Counted from the stretch's first letter, positions 1 through 17,850 are shown. The stretch is 64,000 bases of DNA from Blastocystis sp. Blastoise (GCA_039096225.1 JBBPEB010000034.1:372001-436000); one strand, 5' to 3'. The notes: a model not told the origin generated them from the sequence alone. Made by a program: numbers and translations.

Positions 1-1829
1 TCAAAATAATATGTATAAAATTACTTTCCAAAGTAATCTTCATAGTTATAGAGAAAAGTATAGAAAATCAATAAATTCTAATTCTAAGGCTTATTTGAAT
101 GAAATGAATTCTAATGATAATACAACGATTCACAATTATTTAAATGATTATAATTCTATCAATAAACAAAATTCTCCTTTATATAATAATAATAATAGTA
201 CTATATTTGATGATAATACTTATCAAAAATATTGTCCTTTAAATAAAGATTATTATACACGTCGTTCTCCTATAATTTTCTTAATTCCTGTTGAAGAAAA
301 TACTCAGTTAAATACCATGAATGAGAATAAAATAGAAAGTCTTATTAAATATAATGATGAATATCCTGTTAATATATATATATATAAAGAACTTCAATAT
401 AAAAAATTATGTTATTATGCATCACAATTATATATACCTGTAATTTCAAATGATATGAATAATATAAGAAATTATTATCAATTTGAATTTATAAAAGAAT
501 ATTCAATTTGTTTTTATGATTTTGATTATGATAATATTTTAAATGTTATATATTCAACAAATGGTATTAATGAAACAATATCAAAAAGATATTTTTCTTT
601 AAAAGATTATGAGATTTCACATGGTATTCGTAAGAATCTTATATTTGATGTTAATGAGTCTATTATCGATGGCCATATGGAAGTTAATACTTATTCATTT
701 GATACTTATAAACAAGATTCGAATAATAATATTGATTATGATTGTATAAATATAATGGAAAAGAGAAATGAATTGACTTCTCTTGTTCCTGCTATTATAT
801 ATAAATATAAATATTCTTCATATAAAGATGAGAATTATATGAATAAACATGTTTCTTTTAGAATACCTATAGAAAATACTAATAATATTAGTATCTCTAA
901 ATCTATGGATACTCAATATATATCAACTACTTCTTATAATACAAAAGAAAAGTCGATATATTCTATTTTTAAGAAATATAATAATAGTTCTTATGTTTCT
1001 AAACAAAAATATTTATATAATAAATATATAACATCAAATAAATCTTCTAGAATTCAAGATAAATATCTTGATGAATATGCATTATATCAATTAAGAAGAA
1101 AATTAGATGAAGAAAATACTAATGATTATTCTAAAGAACATTCTATTTATGAAAAAAATTCGAATGATTTCTATAGATATTCTGTTCCTTGTATTATTCG
1201 AGAATCTGCTTCAACTGATAATTCTTCATTATTAAATTCTAATAATGAATATATAGAAATGATGAATATGTATAATAAAATATCTTCTATTACTGAGGAT
1301 AAAAAAGATATATTCTATTCATCATTATATAATAAAGATAATAAAGATAATAAAGATAATAAAGATAATAAAGATAATGATAATAATAATAATCCTATAA
1401 TAAATAGATCTACTATACCTACTATGGTTATATATAAAGATTCACCTTATCATCTTAAGAAATCTATTACTTTACAACCACGTATTCAATATAATACTAC
1501 ATGTGTATCATTAAATGAAAAAGAAAAAGAAAATCGAAGTAATTATTATAAATTAAACATACCTTCACAAATTATAACAATAGAATACTCAAATAATAAT
1601 AAATATTATGGTGAATGTAAATATTATATGAGAGAAGGTGAAGGATTATTATTATATGCTGACAAAACTGCTTATTTTGGTTTATTTGAAAATAATATAC
1701 CTCATGGACATGGTATATATATTACAAAAGATCATATTTATAAAGGTGATGTTAATTATGGTATTTTAGTTATTGATAATATTCAAATTGATTTATTTGA
1801 AGTTGAAGAAAATCCTATTCGATATTCTT

Positions 1830-1874
<45 letters not shown>

Positions 1875-2018
1875 ATTTATAATTAATTATTTATATATAT
1901 ATTTATTGTATACTAATTATTATATATTTTTATAGCTATGTCATATCAAATAGCCGATTTTATACTTAAAAATCGTGAACTATTTGAATCTCATTGGATA
2001 TATCAAGCTATTCCTTAA
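1..2018 (+). CDS. MORN-repeat-containing protein, probably 5'-truncated by the window edge; last intron ~1833-1936
   Basis: Long ORF 11-1882 ending in MORN-like repeats (YYGECKYYMREGEGLLLY, YFGLFENNIPHGHGIYI, YKGDVNYG). A GT..AG intron leads to an in-frame terminal exon (SMSYQIADF...QAIP, TAA at 2016-2018). Confidence 0.7.
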
Positions 2019-2467
2019 ATTATATATATAGTTTTTTTATTTAATAGTTTTAATTCCTATTTTTTTTATATATTTATTTTTTTTAATTCCTTTTTTTTAA
2101 TATATTTATTTTTAAAAATTTTTCATCTATTTTAAAAAACTTTTCATTTTTTTTATTTTCTTTAAAAAATATATATTATATATATATTTATTTTATATAA
2201 TTTAATATTTAAACATTTATATTTGAAATTGTTATGATATTGAGTATTTGTTTTAATAAAATATATATGATTTATATAGAATAAATATTATAGTATAATT
2301 AAAATGAAAAAAACAACAACACTATAATAATTACAGAATTAAAAAAAAGGGAATACAAAAAAGAGACAACAAGAACATATAAACAAACATATAAATAAAA
2401 ATATATAATTATAAATAAATAAAATAAAAAATAAATATTAAAATTAAATAATAAAAAAAAAAGTTAT

Positions 2468-6995
<4,528 letters not shown>

Positions 6996-7516
6996 TTGTT
7001 AATAGAAACTCAAAATGACAGTTATACTATAGAAATAAGATTTGTGAAAAACCAACTATTTCAACTTCCATGATTATTTGCTAATTTTGAGCCAGTCATT
7101 TTTCATATTCTTTCTAAAATTATTTTTTCTTTTCTTTTTTTTATAATGATATTTTATAAGTCTTCTATTGATGCATATTGATTCAATAGAGTCTGATCAA
7201 TTTATGATGTAAAAATAATATCGTTCTTTTACCTGATCTTCTATAATTAAAGTAGCTAATATGACTATTATTTTCTTTTAAAGTATAAAAAATAATCCAA
7301 AAAGTGTGAGTCAACAAAGAACAATAAATTTAATTTATTAAAATTGAAAAATACTTAAAATTATGAACAAAACTAGTGATAAATATTTAAAAAAAAAAAG
7401 CATTACAAAGAGTATTTGTGAAGAAGAAGAAAAAAGAAATATATAAACAAAAGGAAAGGAATAACTATATCTAATAATAAAAAATATATGAATAGTACCA
7501 TGAAAAACAGATAGAA

Positions 7517-8206
7517 TTATTCATATTTTTCTTTAAATAAGCGACGATCAATAGAGGTGAAGCAATATAAAACAAAATCTTTTAAGTATAACGCAATGCC
7601 AGCTACAAACATAGCAATAATAAAAACACATGAATAAAAAAGAATATGCATTCCAAAATGATATCCAACTTTTTGTATAAGAGAAGGATAGGAATTAATT
7701 AATTGGGGAAATACTAAAGATAAGATTATGGAATAAATGAAAAACTCAATAGCTATATATAAAAGAACAATTCTTTTATGTGTTTGTTTTGATGTAAAGA
7801 AAATATAATCGACTAGAACAGAAATACATTCAAAAATATATTCATAAAAATATATGATATTCTCTGATGATAAATTATTCACATATACTTTTTTAGAACT
7901 GAAATTTGATAGATAGATCCACATAATAATTGAGAATAAGATCTTTATATCAATGACACTCTTAAAAACACTATAAGCTTCACTATCTTTCAAGCAAATT
8001 TTGGATGACCACAAACTGATCAAGGTTACTAAGTAATAGATAGCTAATTCCATCTCTACATGAATCACATAGCAATATGTAATCATCATATCAATATCTG
8101 TAGGCATAAAAGTAAAACCATTTTTAAAAAGACAAAACTTGCTAATAGCGATGGCAAGTAAACCAGACAGGCAATGCACTAATCGATAATAATGATAAAA
8201 ACTCAT
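7517..8206 (-). CDS. Intronless multi-pass membrane protein, diverged tandem paralog of the 8937-9682 gene
   Basis: 229-aa hydrophobic ORF. Shared blocks with the neighbour: YYLVTLISL vs YFLITLISL, SKK, VLVDYIFFTSK vs VLADFFLFSEK. Confidence 0.7.
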   Translation of the reverse strand: MSFYHYYRLVHCLSGLLAIAISKFCLFKNGFTFMPTDIDMMITYCYVIHVEMELAIYYLVTLISLWSSKICLKDSEAYSVFKSVIDIKILFSIIMWIYLSNFSSKKVYVNNLSSENIIYFYEYIFECISVLVDYIFFTSKQTHKRIVLLYIAIEFFIYSIILSLVFPQLINSYPSLIQKVGYHFGMHILFYSCVFIIAMFVAGIALYLKDFVLYCFTSIDRRLFKEKYE

Positions 8207-8936
8207 TGCAACTATCTTGAAATCAAATCTTATAGTGAAAAAATGAATCTATAAAGAAAAATAAACCTAAAAGAATAGAAAGAAAAATGTGGGTTTCCAT
8301 ATTCTATTCGAAGTTCTTTTGTATTCAGTTTTTTCTTATATTTGTTTCCATCATTTATTTTAGTAGTGTATATTCTTTATAATACTTTAACTTGTATATA
8401 TTTCTTATGAAATGTATGATAAATATAGAAATGAATCAACGAAATATTGATATTCTATGTATTTATAAGAAATAACAATGTATTAATTGACCCTATTCTC
8501 CTTTTTACGGGACTTCTCTTTTTTTTCAGTTAAATAGATATTATTTCAATAAAAGTTTTGCAACAATTATTTTCTTTTTCGTTTTCCGATTATTTCCGTT
8601 CAGATATATAATTAAATTATAATAGTTATTCTTAATATGTATGAATAGATCATACTACATATCTCCTTTTTTTAAATTTGAAAAAAAATCAACATTTTTT
8701 TAATAGATTAGTATAGTTTTCTTAATATTCTTTTGTTTGCTGTTGAATTATTATCTGAATCGAATTAAACAAAACAATGATATAAATATGAATAGAAAAC
8801 TAAATGAACCAATAAATAATTAAAAGAAACACATAAAATACTTTAATGAATTGCAAATAATATCATATATTTACAAGATTCAATAAATTTGAGAGTTAAT
8901 ATGATAAAAAGATGCAAAATGTAAAAAGAAAAATAA

Positions 8937-9682
8937 TTAGTAACGAATACCAATTAGATCAAGATAAAATCGAATAGCATAAAATAGATGAGTGATTAGA
9001 TAATAATATACAAAAAAAATAAGAATACATATCCATAACTTTTTACCCATTTTCGTTGGATTCATAAAATCATAAGGGAACCAATGATCAGACCAACAGA
9101 AAGAGCCTAAAATAATACATATAACAAAATAAAGAAGTGCATCAATTATAGGAACTAATGGAGTTAAATGAATTGACACTGGTTTTTCACTGAATAGGAA
9201 GAAATCAGCAAGTACAAATAGAATTGTAGTTAAATGACGATGTTTACAAAGTTTTTCAAATTCTTCATCATATGTAGATTCTTGCTAGATATATATGTAA
9301 TAGAAGTAGCAATAATTTCATTATATATAAATAATATAAAAAAATAATATGAATAAGAAAATACTTTTTTAGATTGCGGATAAAGAACAATCCAGAAAAC
9401 TAGCATCGTTGTAAATGAACGAATATAAACTAAATATTGGAATATAATAAAAGCCCAATGAGTCAGGACTTGATGAAAACTAAATGATAATGAAATGAGA
9501 GTAATAAGAAAGTAAATCAGGATCATCAGATTCGTTTGTATTGTATAAAAAAAGAACTTCTTTATGAATCCTTCCCAGTTTTCTCGTTTCCACCAATATT
9601 GCATTGTAAGATAGACAATGATTCCAACACAAACAACGGAGACCAAGGAGTATATTAATTGTATGATATCATTAATTGACAT
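8937..9682 (-). CDS. FAR-17a/AIG1/Pr6Pr-like membrane protein, 2 exons (intron ~9285-9364)
   Basis: FFYTIQTNL motif, a His-containing KHRH segment after splicing, and WFPYDFMNP resembling the YPYxFLD motif of this family. One GT-AG intron joins ORFs 9230-9682 and 8937-9179 in frame. Confidence 0.65.
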
Positions 9683-11879
9683 TGTTGATAAAAATATCTG
9701 TATACTACTTTATTTAAGCAAAATAAATTTATAAATTTATAATGGTGTTTTTCCCATAAAAATGAGTATTTTTTTGTTTGTTTGTGATGAAAAATCACTT
9801 GTAGGCAGGTTTTTGTTGTTTAGCAAAGTGGCGCTTGGACCACCACAGACAGCCTCAAAAACAACCACCGCCTGGTGCTGGAAAAACCACATACCGACGG
9901 AAAGGTTACCACCAACCGGCGCTTCGAGGACCATTTTTGACTGTGAACAATTTTTTTTAAGAAGCAGTTACACAATTATTTTTCGCGCAAACAACACCAC
10001 TATTTGCCTCTTGACGAACATAAACACGCGAAATAAAAACACATATTTACTCTTATTTAGCGTAAAGTGGGTATTAATGACACATTAACAGGGTCTAATA
10101 AGTTATTTTAGAAGTCATTTACATTTAATTAAGATTCTTTTTTATTCTCAAAACAACTCATTTTCATCTCAATTGTACAGTCATGTAAAAAACCGGACAC
10201 GCCAGTGTTTTTATTCTTTTTTCTCCACGATTATTTATTATTTCTTTACAACTTTTTGAATTTATAATATATAATGATTACTCTATACAAAAATGTTTTT
10301 TTCTTTTTTATTAAAATAAGAAAGAATATCGAACAAAAAATGTCTAGTTTTTTACATTTTCTGCCTTTTCTTTAAAACTTTTCTTTTGAGTACTCCTAAT
10401 AAATATAAACGTATAAAATCATATATATATAATCTATGTGTATGCTGTAGTCTATATATACCTTATCTAATAAATCATTCAAGTATATTAACTCCTTCTT
10501 GACTGATCATTTCGTTTTTTTTTTGTTTTTTTTTTCTTACAAAAAAATTGTTTTGTGTTTAAATATATATTATATATGGTAGGTGTGTATAAGAGGTATT
10601 GATTGATATTATTTTACAGTACTTATACCCTTTAAGAATAGTAAATATCGTGTGTTTCTTGAAAAACTGGACTTTTAACCCTCAAAAAACCCCTTTTTAG
10701 TTAATTATTTTAACAATACTTCCATCAAGTGTGTATTATTTTTTTAAATTTAAGAGTTTGCATTATCCTTTTAAAGAATATAAATATTATAATGTTTCAA
10801 GTAATATTTTAACACGATAGAGATATGCTCAAAGTTTGTTGTTTTTTTTCATTTGTTCGATTGCCAAGATTGAATTTGTTTCTGATCAAGATATTTTGTC
10901 TACAGTGATAAACGATAGCATAAGGCGTATTCATAATATAAAAAACTATTAAAAGTTATTCATTTTTTCTGATTGACAATCTACATTTTGTTCACATTTT
11001 TTAAATAACTTTCAATGGTCTTTACACTATTTTTAGTTGCAACTTATTACTATTTTTTTAATTACTGTATGTTAAACAATTCGTTTTTTTATTATTGAAA
11101 ACAATTCGTGGTGAAATATTGTTTTTTTCCCTGGTTGAATGCAAATGGGGGGTCTTTTTTTGTAAAAAAATATTGTATATTCTTGTTATTTTCCTCAAGT
11201 TATATGAAGAAGTTATCAATTCTTTATAAATTATCTTCTACATATATAACGAAATTTAATATGATATAATTGTATTGTAAGATAATATGTTTTATGATAA
11301 AGTTGTAAATGAGCTCATTGCTTGTGTAAAATCCTTTTAGAGATAGGTTTTTAAAAAATAATTGTCCTGCTGTCATGTGCATAGTACTCCGTCCATATAT
11401 CAGTAATCTAGCATCAAAAATATCATTTTAAATACAAAACAAACACTGGTGGGCAGCTTTTTAAAATCGTGAAAATTCTGGTATGCACCCTAGCTGTTTT
11501 TTGGTATAAAAAAAGTGATTTTCTGGTATATACAGGACTTTTCCTGGTATAAACTTATGGTGGGTTTTGTATTCCTATAGTGACGGGCCATGTATCTTTT
11601 TATGACTACGACTTATTTTTAATGTTTTTTTTTGGTATTCCATAATGACAGTGGTTGTATTTACTGTTGATATATATAAGATAAAAATGTCCATAACAAC
11701 ATCTATTTTACATTTTAGACTTTCATTAGGATTATTTTAGACTGTTTTAAACACATTATTTCTTTGTCTTCTTTTAATACATATTTTAGTTGTTTAAGCA
11801 TAAAAAACAATAAAAATAACAAAATACAAAAAAATAAAAGAATAAACAATTAAATAAAGTAAAATATAAAAAACTATTA

Positions 11880-12450
11880 TTTAATTTTGACCGAGGGACT
11901 TTGTTTTCTACTCATATAAGGAACCTATAAAAATATAATTATAGAAATGTAATAAATAAAAGGATAAATAAATACATACAGTTTAAGAGCTCATGGAGAA
12001 TCGCATTTCCTTGAAGCAGAACAACAAGAGAGGTTACCTTTGAAATCAAGTTATTTCTGGTCAGCTGATCGTTATAGAAGAAGCTATATTTATAATCACG
12101 AAGAGAATCTGTGCTTATTTTTGAATAATTTGAGTTATATATACAAGCTATAGAATAATAGATATATAGGGAATGAAAAAAAATACCATTTTAAAGAAAA
12201 CAACCAACTTTATAAATATTAATAAATATAAAGATTTTTGTAAGTGTTTTCTTGAAAAAAGAATAAGCATGGCCCTGAATATGAATTTGTATGAATTTTT
12301 TTATATATAAGAAAAGTACTAAAATCCAGGGGTTATTTCGACTCTGTAATATTTTTAGTAAAACTTCACTTTGAAGTTAAGAAAAATGTATATATTAATG
12401 CTTGTGTAATATGGTTGTTTATAAATATATAAATTGTACTCTGACAATGG
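11880..12450 (-). pseudogene. Decayed intron-containing gene in the left arm of the inner element
   Basis: Exon/intron pattern aligns by eye with 17160-17850. Contains stops; product unrecognised. Confidence 0.5.
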
Positions 12451-13195
12451 TTTTAAGGTTACTGGTGTAAAAAACTTCCATTCTTGAAGGCAATTACTTT
12501 TTCATATTTGTTTTACTTATGAGCTTTATTGACGTTGTAGTGTTGATTGATTGTCAGTGAGTCGTTTTGAGTCAAAATATATACAAATAACGAACTTTTA
12601 TCAAACTGATTAACAAATACTGAGATAAAATATTTTATTATATTTATGTTTTCTTTTAATAGCAATACACTTGTAGAGATGAATAAGTGTAAAATTAGCT
12701 TTTAAAAAGCTTAATTAAATGGTTTTAAGGTTATTTTCAATAAATAAAAATATTTTCTAAAAATATTATAAATATATATATACAAGCTTTATTTTCAATT
12801 ATTTTCATTTAAAAAAGATTATAAAAACTAAAAGATTATTAACTATTATATATTATACAAAGAGAATAAATAAAATAATTTATTAATATTATAATAATAA
12901 AAAGATATATATATAATAAAAAGTAAATATAAAAACAACAATATAATATAATTACTTATAATAAGAATGAGTTAATAAATACTAGTTGATTATTTTAATT
13001 TAGGATAGATTTATATATATATATAACATTTATTATATAACCTATATATATATAATCCATGTATATAACCTATATGTACATATACGTATATATTGTTCAT
13101 TCTCCATTGTATATATTATCTTTTTAAAACAGGCTACTGATTAAGAGAAAGAGTAATAGTAGTAGAGAAAAGAATTACAATAATTATATATCTAT

Positions 13196-13510
13196 TTAAT
13201 CTATATAAATATATTTAAATAGATATAAATAAATATAAATAGATATAAATAAATATAAATAGATATAAATAGATATAAATAAATATAAATAGATATATAA
13301 ATAAATATAAATAAATATAAACATATATATAAATATAAACAGATATAAATAAATATAAATAAATATAAATAAATATAAATAAATATAAATAAATATAAAT
13401 AAATATAAATAAATATAAATAAATATAAATAAATATAAATAGATATAAATAGACATAAATAAATATAAATATATTTAAATAGATATAAATAGATATAAAT
13501 AAAGATTAAT
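13196..13510. repeat. 10-bp minisatellite (ATATAAATAA/ATATAAATAG)n
   Basis: About 30 tandem units read directly; explains the spurious ORFs at 13196-13536. Confidence 0.9.
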
Positions 13511-14025
13511 AAATGAATATATATATACTGAAACATTCAACACATTCCTCGATATAAATAAAACTCTCTCATTTCATTAGTCTTCATTTCTATCTATTCT
13601 TTTTATTATATATGTATATATTAATTAGTTGAAGAATACAATAATTAAGAGTAATTAATCTCATTTTAAGGCATTTATTTTCTACTTAAGTATATTAATT
13701 CTAAAGGTGAAAGTATAAGAAGAATCACGGGAAAAATGATCTATTTATAAATAGATATAATAGATATAGTATTCTAAATTGTTTGTTAAACGTATATAAT
13801 AACATATATGTATATATATATATAGTTTTATGTATAATAATATATACATATAAATATAAAAAATGATATAATAATAATAACATTATATACTATAGGAGAG
13901 ATAGTAGTACCAGAAACAAATAACATAAATTTCATTGAGTACTCAAGAAAGAATAATGTATTCTTACACTATATATGTTTATATAAAAATAAATATAGAC
14001 AAATACATATAGAATAGTAGCTAAA

Positions 14026-14067
<42 letters not shown>

Positions 14068-15749
14068 TATTGTATATACATAATATATACTTTATGTAAA
14101 CTGTGATTCTCTACTAAAGAAGAATCATAAATATATTTAACTATATATATATTATAATATAAATTAATAAATACATAGTAATTTTAATATATATACTTAT
14201 ATGAATAATCTCGAATTCTTATTTTATATTTTATTCACATCATAAGAAGCACAATATTCAAAACATATATATAATATCTCCTTGTTGATTTAATACATAT
14301 ATAACTATAGATAGAGAAAGCTAAAATGAATTTATAATATATAGTAATATATAATGTTATATATAAAGTGTAATAACAGTAATATATATTTAATAATATA
14401 CATAATAGTATGTTAAACCATATAAAACAGATTAACCAAAAGAAAAGACATTTTTGAGGGTTCATAGTAACTTCTCTACCACTTTCTTTTCATGATACTA
14501 AACTATATATAATAGATACATATAATAATATATTTATTTGGAAATATTATAATTAAATATATACTTTTATAATAATATGTTTAACTTGATATAATTCCAA
14601 ATAAACTGAACTCGCAATAAATAGTGAGACTCTCTTGACACTAACCCATTCTTATTACAATCGAGAGAAGTCTATCTATATCTATATTCATATATATCTA
14701 TGAAATAAAAATAGTAATAATAAAGATAATAATAATATAATTATATATAATAATATAATAATATATATATAACTATTTTTTTACAATAATAACATTAAAA
14801 TGCATATAAATAAAGATATATATATAAATATATAATCGAGATTAATCCATATAAACAAAATTATTAATATACTAATTTTCCAAATCCTTTTATTAAAAGG
14901 AATAAACTTTTCTATATTTTTCCCTATAAGAATTTATTCAATTGTCTAGTTTCTATTATACTGAAAAACTATATATATATATATATAATAAACAATATAA
15001 TAATAATATATGTATATAGAAAACATTATATATAATAATATATATAATAATATATATATACATAATTATATATATAAATCATTTAAGATTCGTCATAATC
15101 AATATAATAATAACTGTTTTCTTTAATTCTAAATATTTTATTCTGCTATAGACATAGATATATAATAAATACTACAATATATAATATATATATACCATAT
15201 TATAATGAAAGCAAGTAGTAATAACCTATGTTCTATCTTTATGCTGATTAATTCTCAGTATTCAAATAGTATTAGATGCCTATATATATAATACAAAATC
15301 ATTTTAATAATTTAAAAATATATTGAAAAAATTGAGAAATATTCTTAATAATATATATATATATAATAATATATATATATATAATAATATATATATATAT
15401 ATATAATAATATATAATAATATATATATATATATATATACAATAATTTTCTATAATGAACTTTGATATAATTGTTCAATTAATCAAATGATACTATATAA
15501 ATAATAAATAGAATGAATATATAAAAAATATATATATAATAATGATAATAAATAATTTATAAATATATAGAGTAATAAATAATATAAATTTTAATACATT
15601 CAATTCTATATAAAAAAGTGAATAAATAAATCTAAAATAAAATAAATATATAAAACAATATTCTCCAATATATTTTAATTCAATCTACATCTAAAATAAG
15701 AAAATAGAATATTATAAAAATACAAAACTAATAATAATAAAAAAATTTA

Positions 15750-16230
15750 TAAATACCTAATAATAAATACGAAAAACAATTCTTTCAATTAAATCACTTT
15801 TTCAAGATTCGATAACTACCCTAGAGTAATATAGATAGTGAATAAAGTAAAAATAAATAAAAAAATAAATAATAATAAATATATACGGAAATGAATGTCT
15901 CCCATTCTCTCCTTTTTAATTTATTTTGAAATTTTTTTGATTTGAAACCATCCATTACTACCATTAAAGCAAATTGAATGATCTCATTCAATTACAACCT
16001 AAATAAATAAAATAGAAATTAGACAAAATTATTATATTTTATATTTATATACTTTTGAAGAGACCTGCGTGACTAAAGAGAAGGCTTGAAACTGTTGGTG
16101 ACATCTATAAGTTCTAAAAATAAATAAACGATAACATAATTACTGATTAAGTATTTGTATATAAAATAATTATAAAATATTTACTAATTTAAAGGTTCAC
16201 AGACTTCTTGAGATAGTTGATGCTCGAAAA
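15750..16230 (-). pseudogene. Decayed 5' exons of a gene in the right arm of the inner element
   Basis: Homologous to 23290-23760 (shared TCTCCCATTCTCTCC...TTTTGATTTGAAAC block and similar splice positions). Confidence 0.5.
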
Positions 16231-17159
16231 TAAATGAAAAGCAATCAACAAAGCTTGATAAGCTTAAAAATAAATTTTTGATTTTTTAAAAAAATAATTT
16301 TTTTTATACAATTTTTTCTTTTGTTAGTTAAAGACTTTTTTTCGACCGATTTTTTTCTTTTTTTTTGTCTTAAACTGAACTCAAACCCTAACCCTAACCC
16401 TGGACAAGAAAATGGTCCGCCAGTGACAATTTTTCTGACATTCATAAGAATGGCAACTTTATCATAATTCATATTCAATTCTATGTTCTTTCGAGTCTGT
16501 GAATTCGTTAGTATACGTGAATAATTCAATTAAGCAAATTGCCGAACAAAATTAAAAATGATTGTCCTAGATATTGTGGATAATTTCTTGAATATGTTAT
16601 AGAAAGTCTTAAATTATCAGTTAATATACAAATAAAACATCTTACTATCAATTTCTTAGATATAAATATATAAATATAAAACAACGAATTTATATGAGTG
16701 TCTACACAACATTATACCAAGTTTATTTTTATTTTTGTGGTATAAATTACTTTCGTCGGTATAAAAAAAATTAAAGACCGATTTTTTCGTAATTTTGGTA
16801 TAAATTTATGGGGAACCTGGTATAAAAGGGAAAAAGCTGCCCACCAGTGAAAGAAAAATATTTATACATATATTTTTGGTAAAAAACCGGACATTTTCAG
16901 TTAAGCAGTATGCAATATTTTTTTAATAATAAAAAATATATAGTTGTGTACACCTTGGTCCATAATATCTTAAGAAAAAAAACATTTAAAAAATGCTTTA
17001 AAATAAAAGAAAAATAAACGAAAAAAAGGACTGGTGTCCGGTTTTTTACATGACTGTAGTATAATAAAATAACAATAAAAATAACAAAATACAAAAATAA
17101 TAAATAAATAATTAATAAATTAACATAGTATTTTAATATGTTTAACAGCCATCCCAAAG

Positions 17160-17850
17160 CATTGTTTTTTGACCATTTTGAGTAGCTATAAAAATGTAAT
17201 TATAGAAATGTTGATAATATAATAATAATAAATAACATACCTTATATAGAATATATCAAAAGCAATCGTCCCTTCTAATTCTATACCAGTTCTGACAGCC
17301 TATAAAAAGAAAATCATAGAATTGATCAAAAATATAATAATAATAAATAGCATACCTTTTACAAACACATCAAGCGCCACCTCATCTTTAGTTTCAAAAC
17401 TATTCTGAAAGACTATAAAAAGTTTAAAATAAAAATGATAAAAATATAATAATAATAAATAGCATACCTTGAACACACACATCAAGAACCGATTATACTT
17501 CAAGGACCACCAGCTATAAGAAGACAACTTTCAAACCAAGTCATTCCTGTTCAGTAGAGCACTAAAGACGAAGTCCTAACTTAATCCAAGAAAAACATTG
17601 TGCTCATCTTCTATTTGTTTGAGTCATAAATGATAACTATATAATAGAATATATGTAAGAATAATAATACATACCATCATAATTCAAAAACAGCAACAAC
17701 ACAATATTTAATAAATAAAAAAATTATGTGAAAATCTTTTATAAAAAAAATTAAAATCCAGCCCCAAAACGGAATTTGTAAAAAATTTCACTACATAAAA
17801 ACAAATTTTAATTTTACCCCCTCAGTGGTTTCTCTTTTTTTATCTCTTGA
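17160..17850 (-). pseudogene. Decayed intron-containing gene in the left arm of the outer element
   Basis: Exons bounded by GT/AG with in-frame stops; homologous to 11880-12450. Confidence 0.5.

Larger units (their letters stand above)
11444..16849. mobile_element. Inner CACTG-terminated DNA transposon, 5.4 kb, related to the outer element
   Basis: Perfect 19-bp TIR CACTGGTGGGCAGCTTTTT (11444-11462 and 16831-16849). AAA on both flanks. Subterminal TGGTATAAA repeats at both ends. Internal arms are homologous to those of the outer element. Confidence 0.88.
10178..17056. mobile_element. TA-targeting DNA transposon (Tc1/mariner-like ends), ~1.47 kb of own sequence, nested in the outer element
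   Basis: Perfect 23-bp TIR CAGTCATGTAAAAAACCGGACAC (10178-10200 and 17034-17056). TA at 10176-10177 and 17057-17058. Removing it makes the outer element colinear with the inner CAC element. No intact transposase ORF seen. Confidence 0.88.

Noticed and set aside
9737-10088. Overlapping ORFs 9737-9934(-) and 9762-10088(+)
   Set aside because: They span the GC-richer left terminus of the outer transposon and cross its boundary; no protein motif.
10201-11443. Possible Tc1/mariner transposase in the TA element
   Set aside because: No ORF and no recognisable WVPHEL/YSPDL/DDE motif in the frames I tried.
13196-13510. Regular array that might look CRISPR-like
   Set aside because: Plain 10-bp minisatellite with no unique spacers, in a eukaryotic context.
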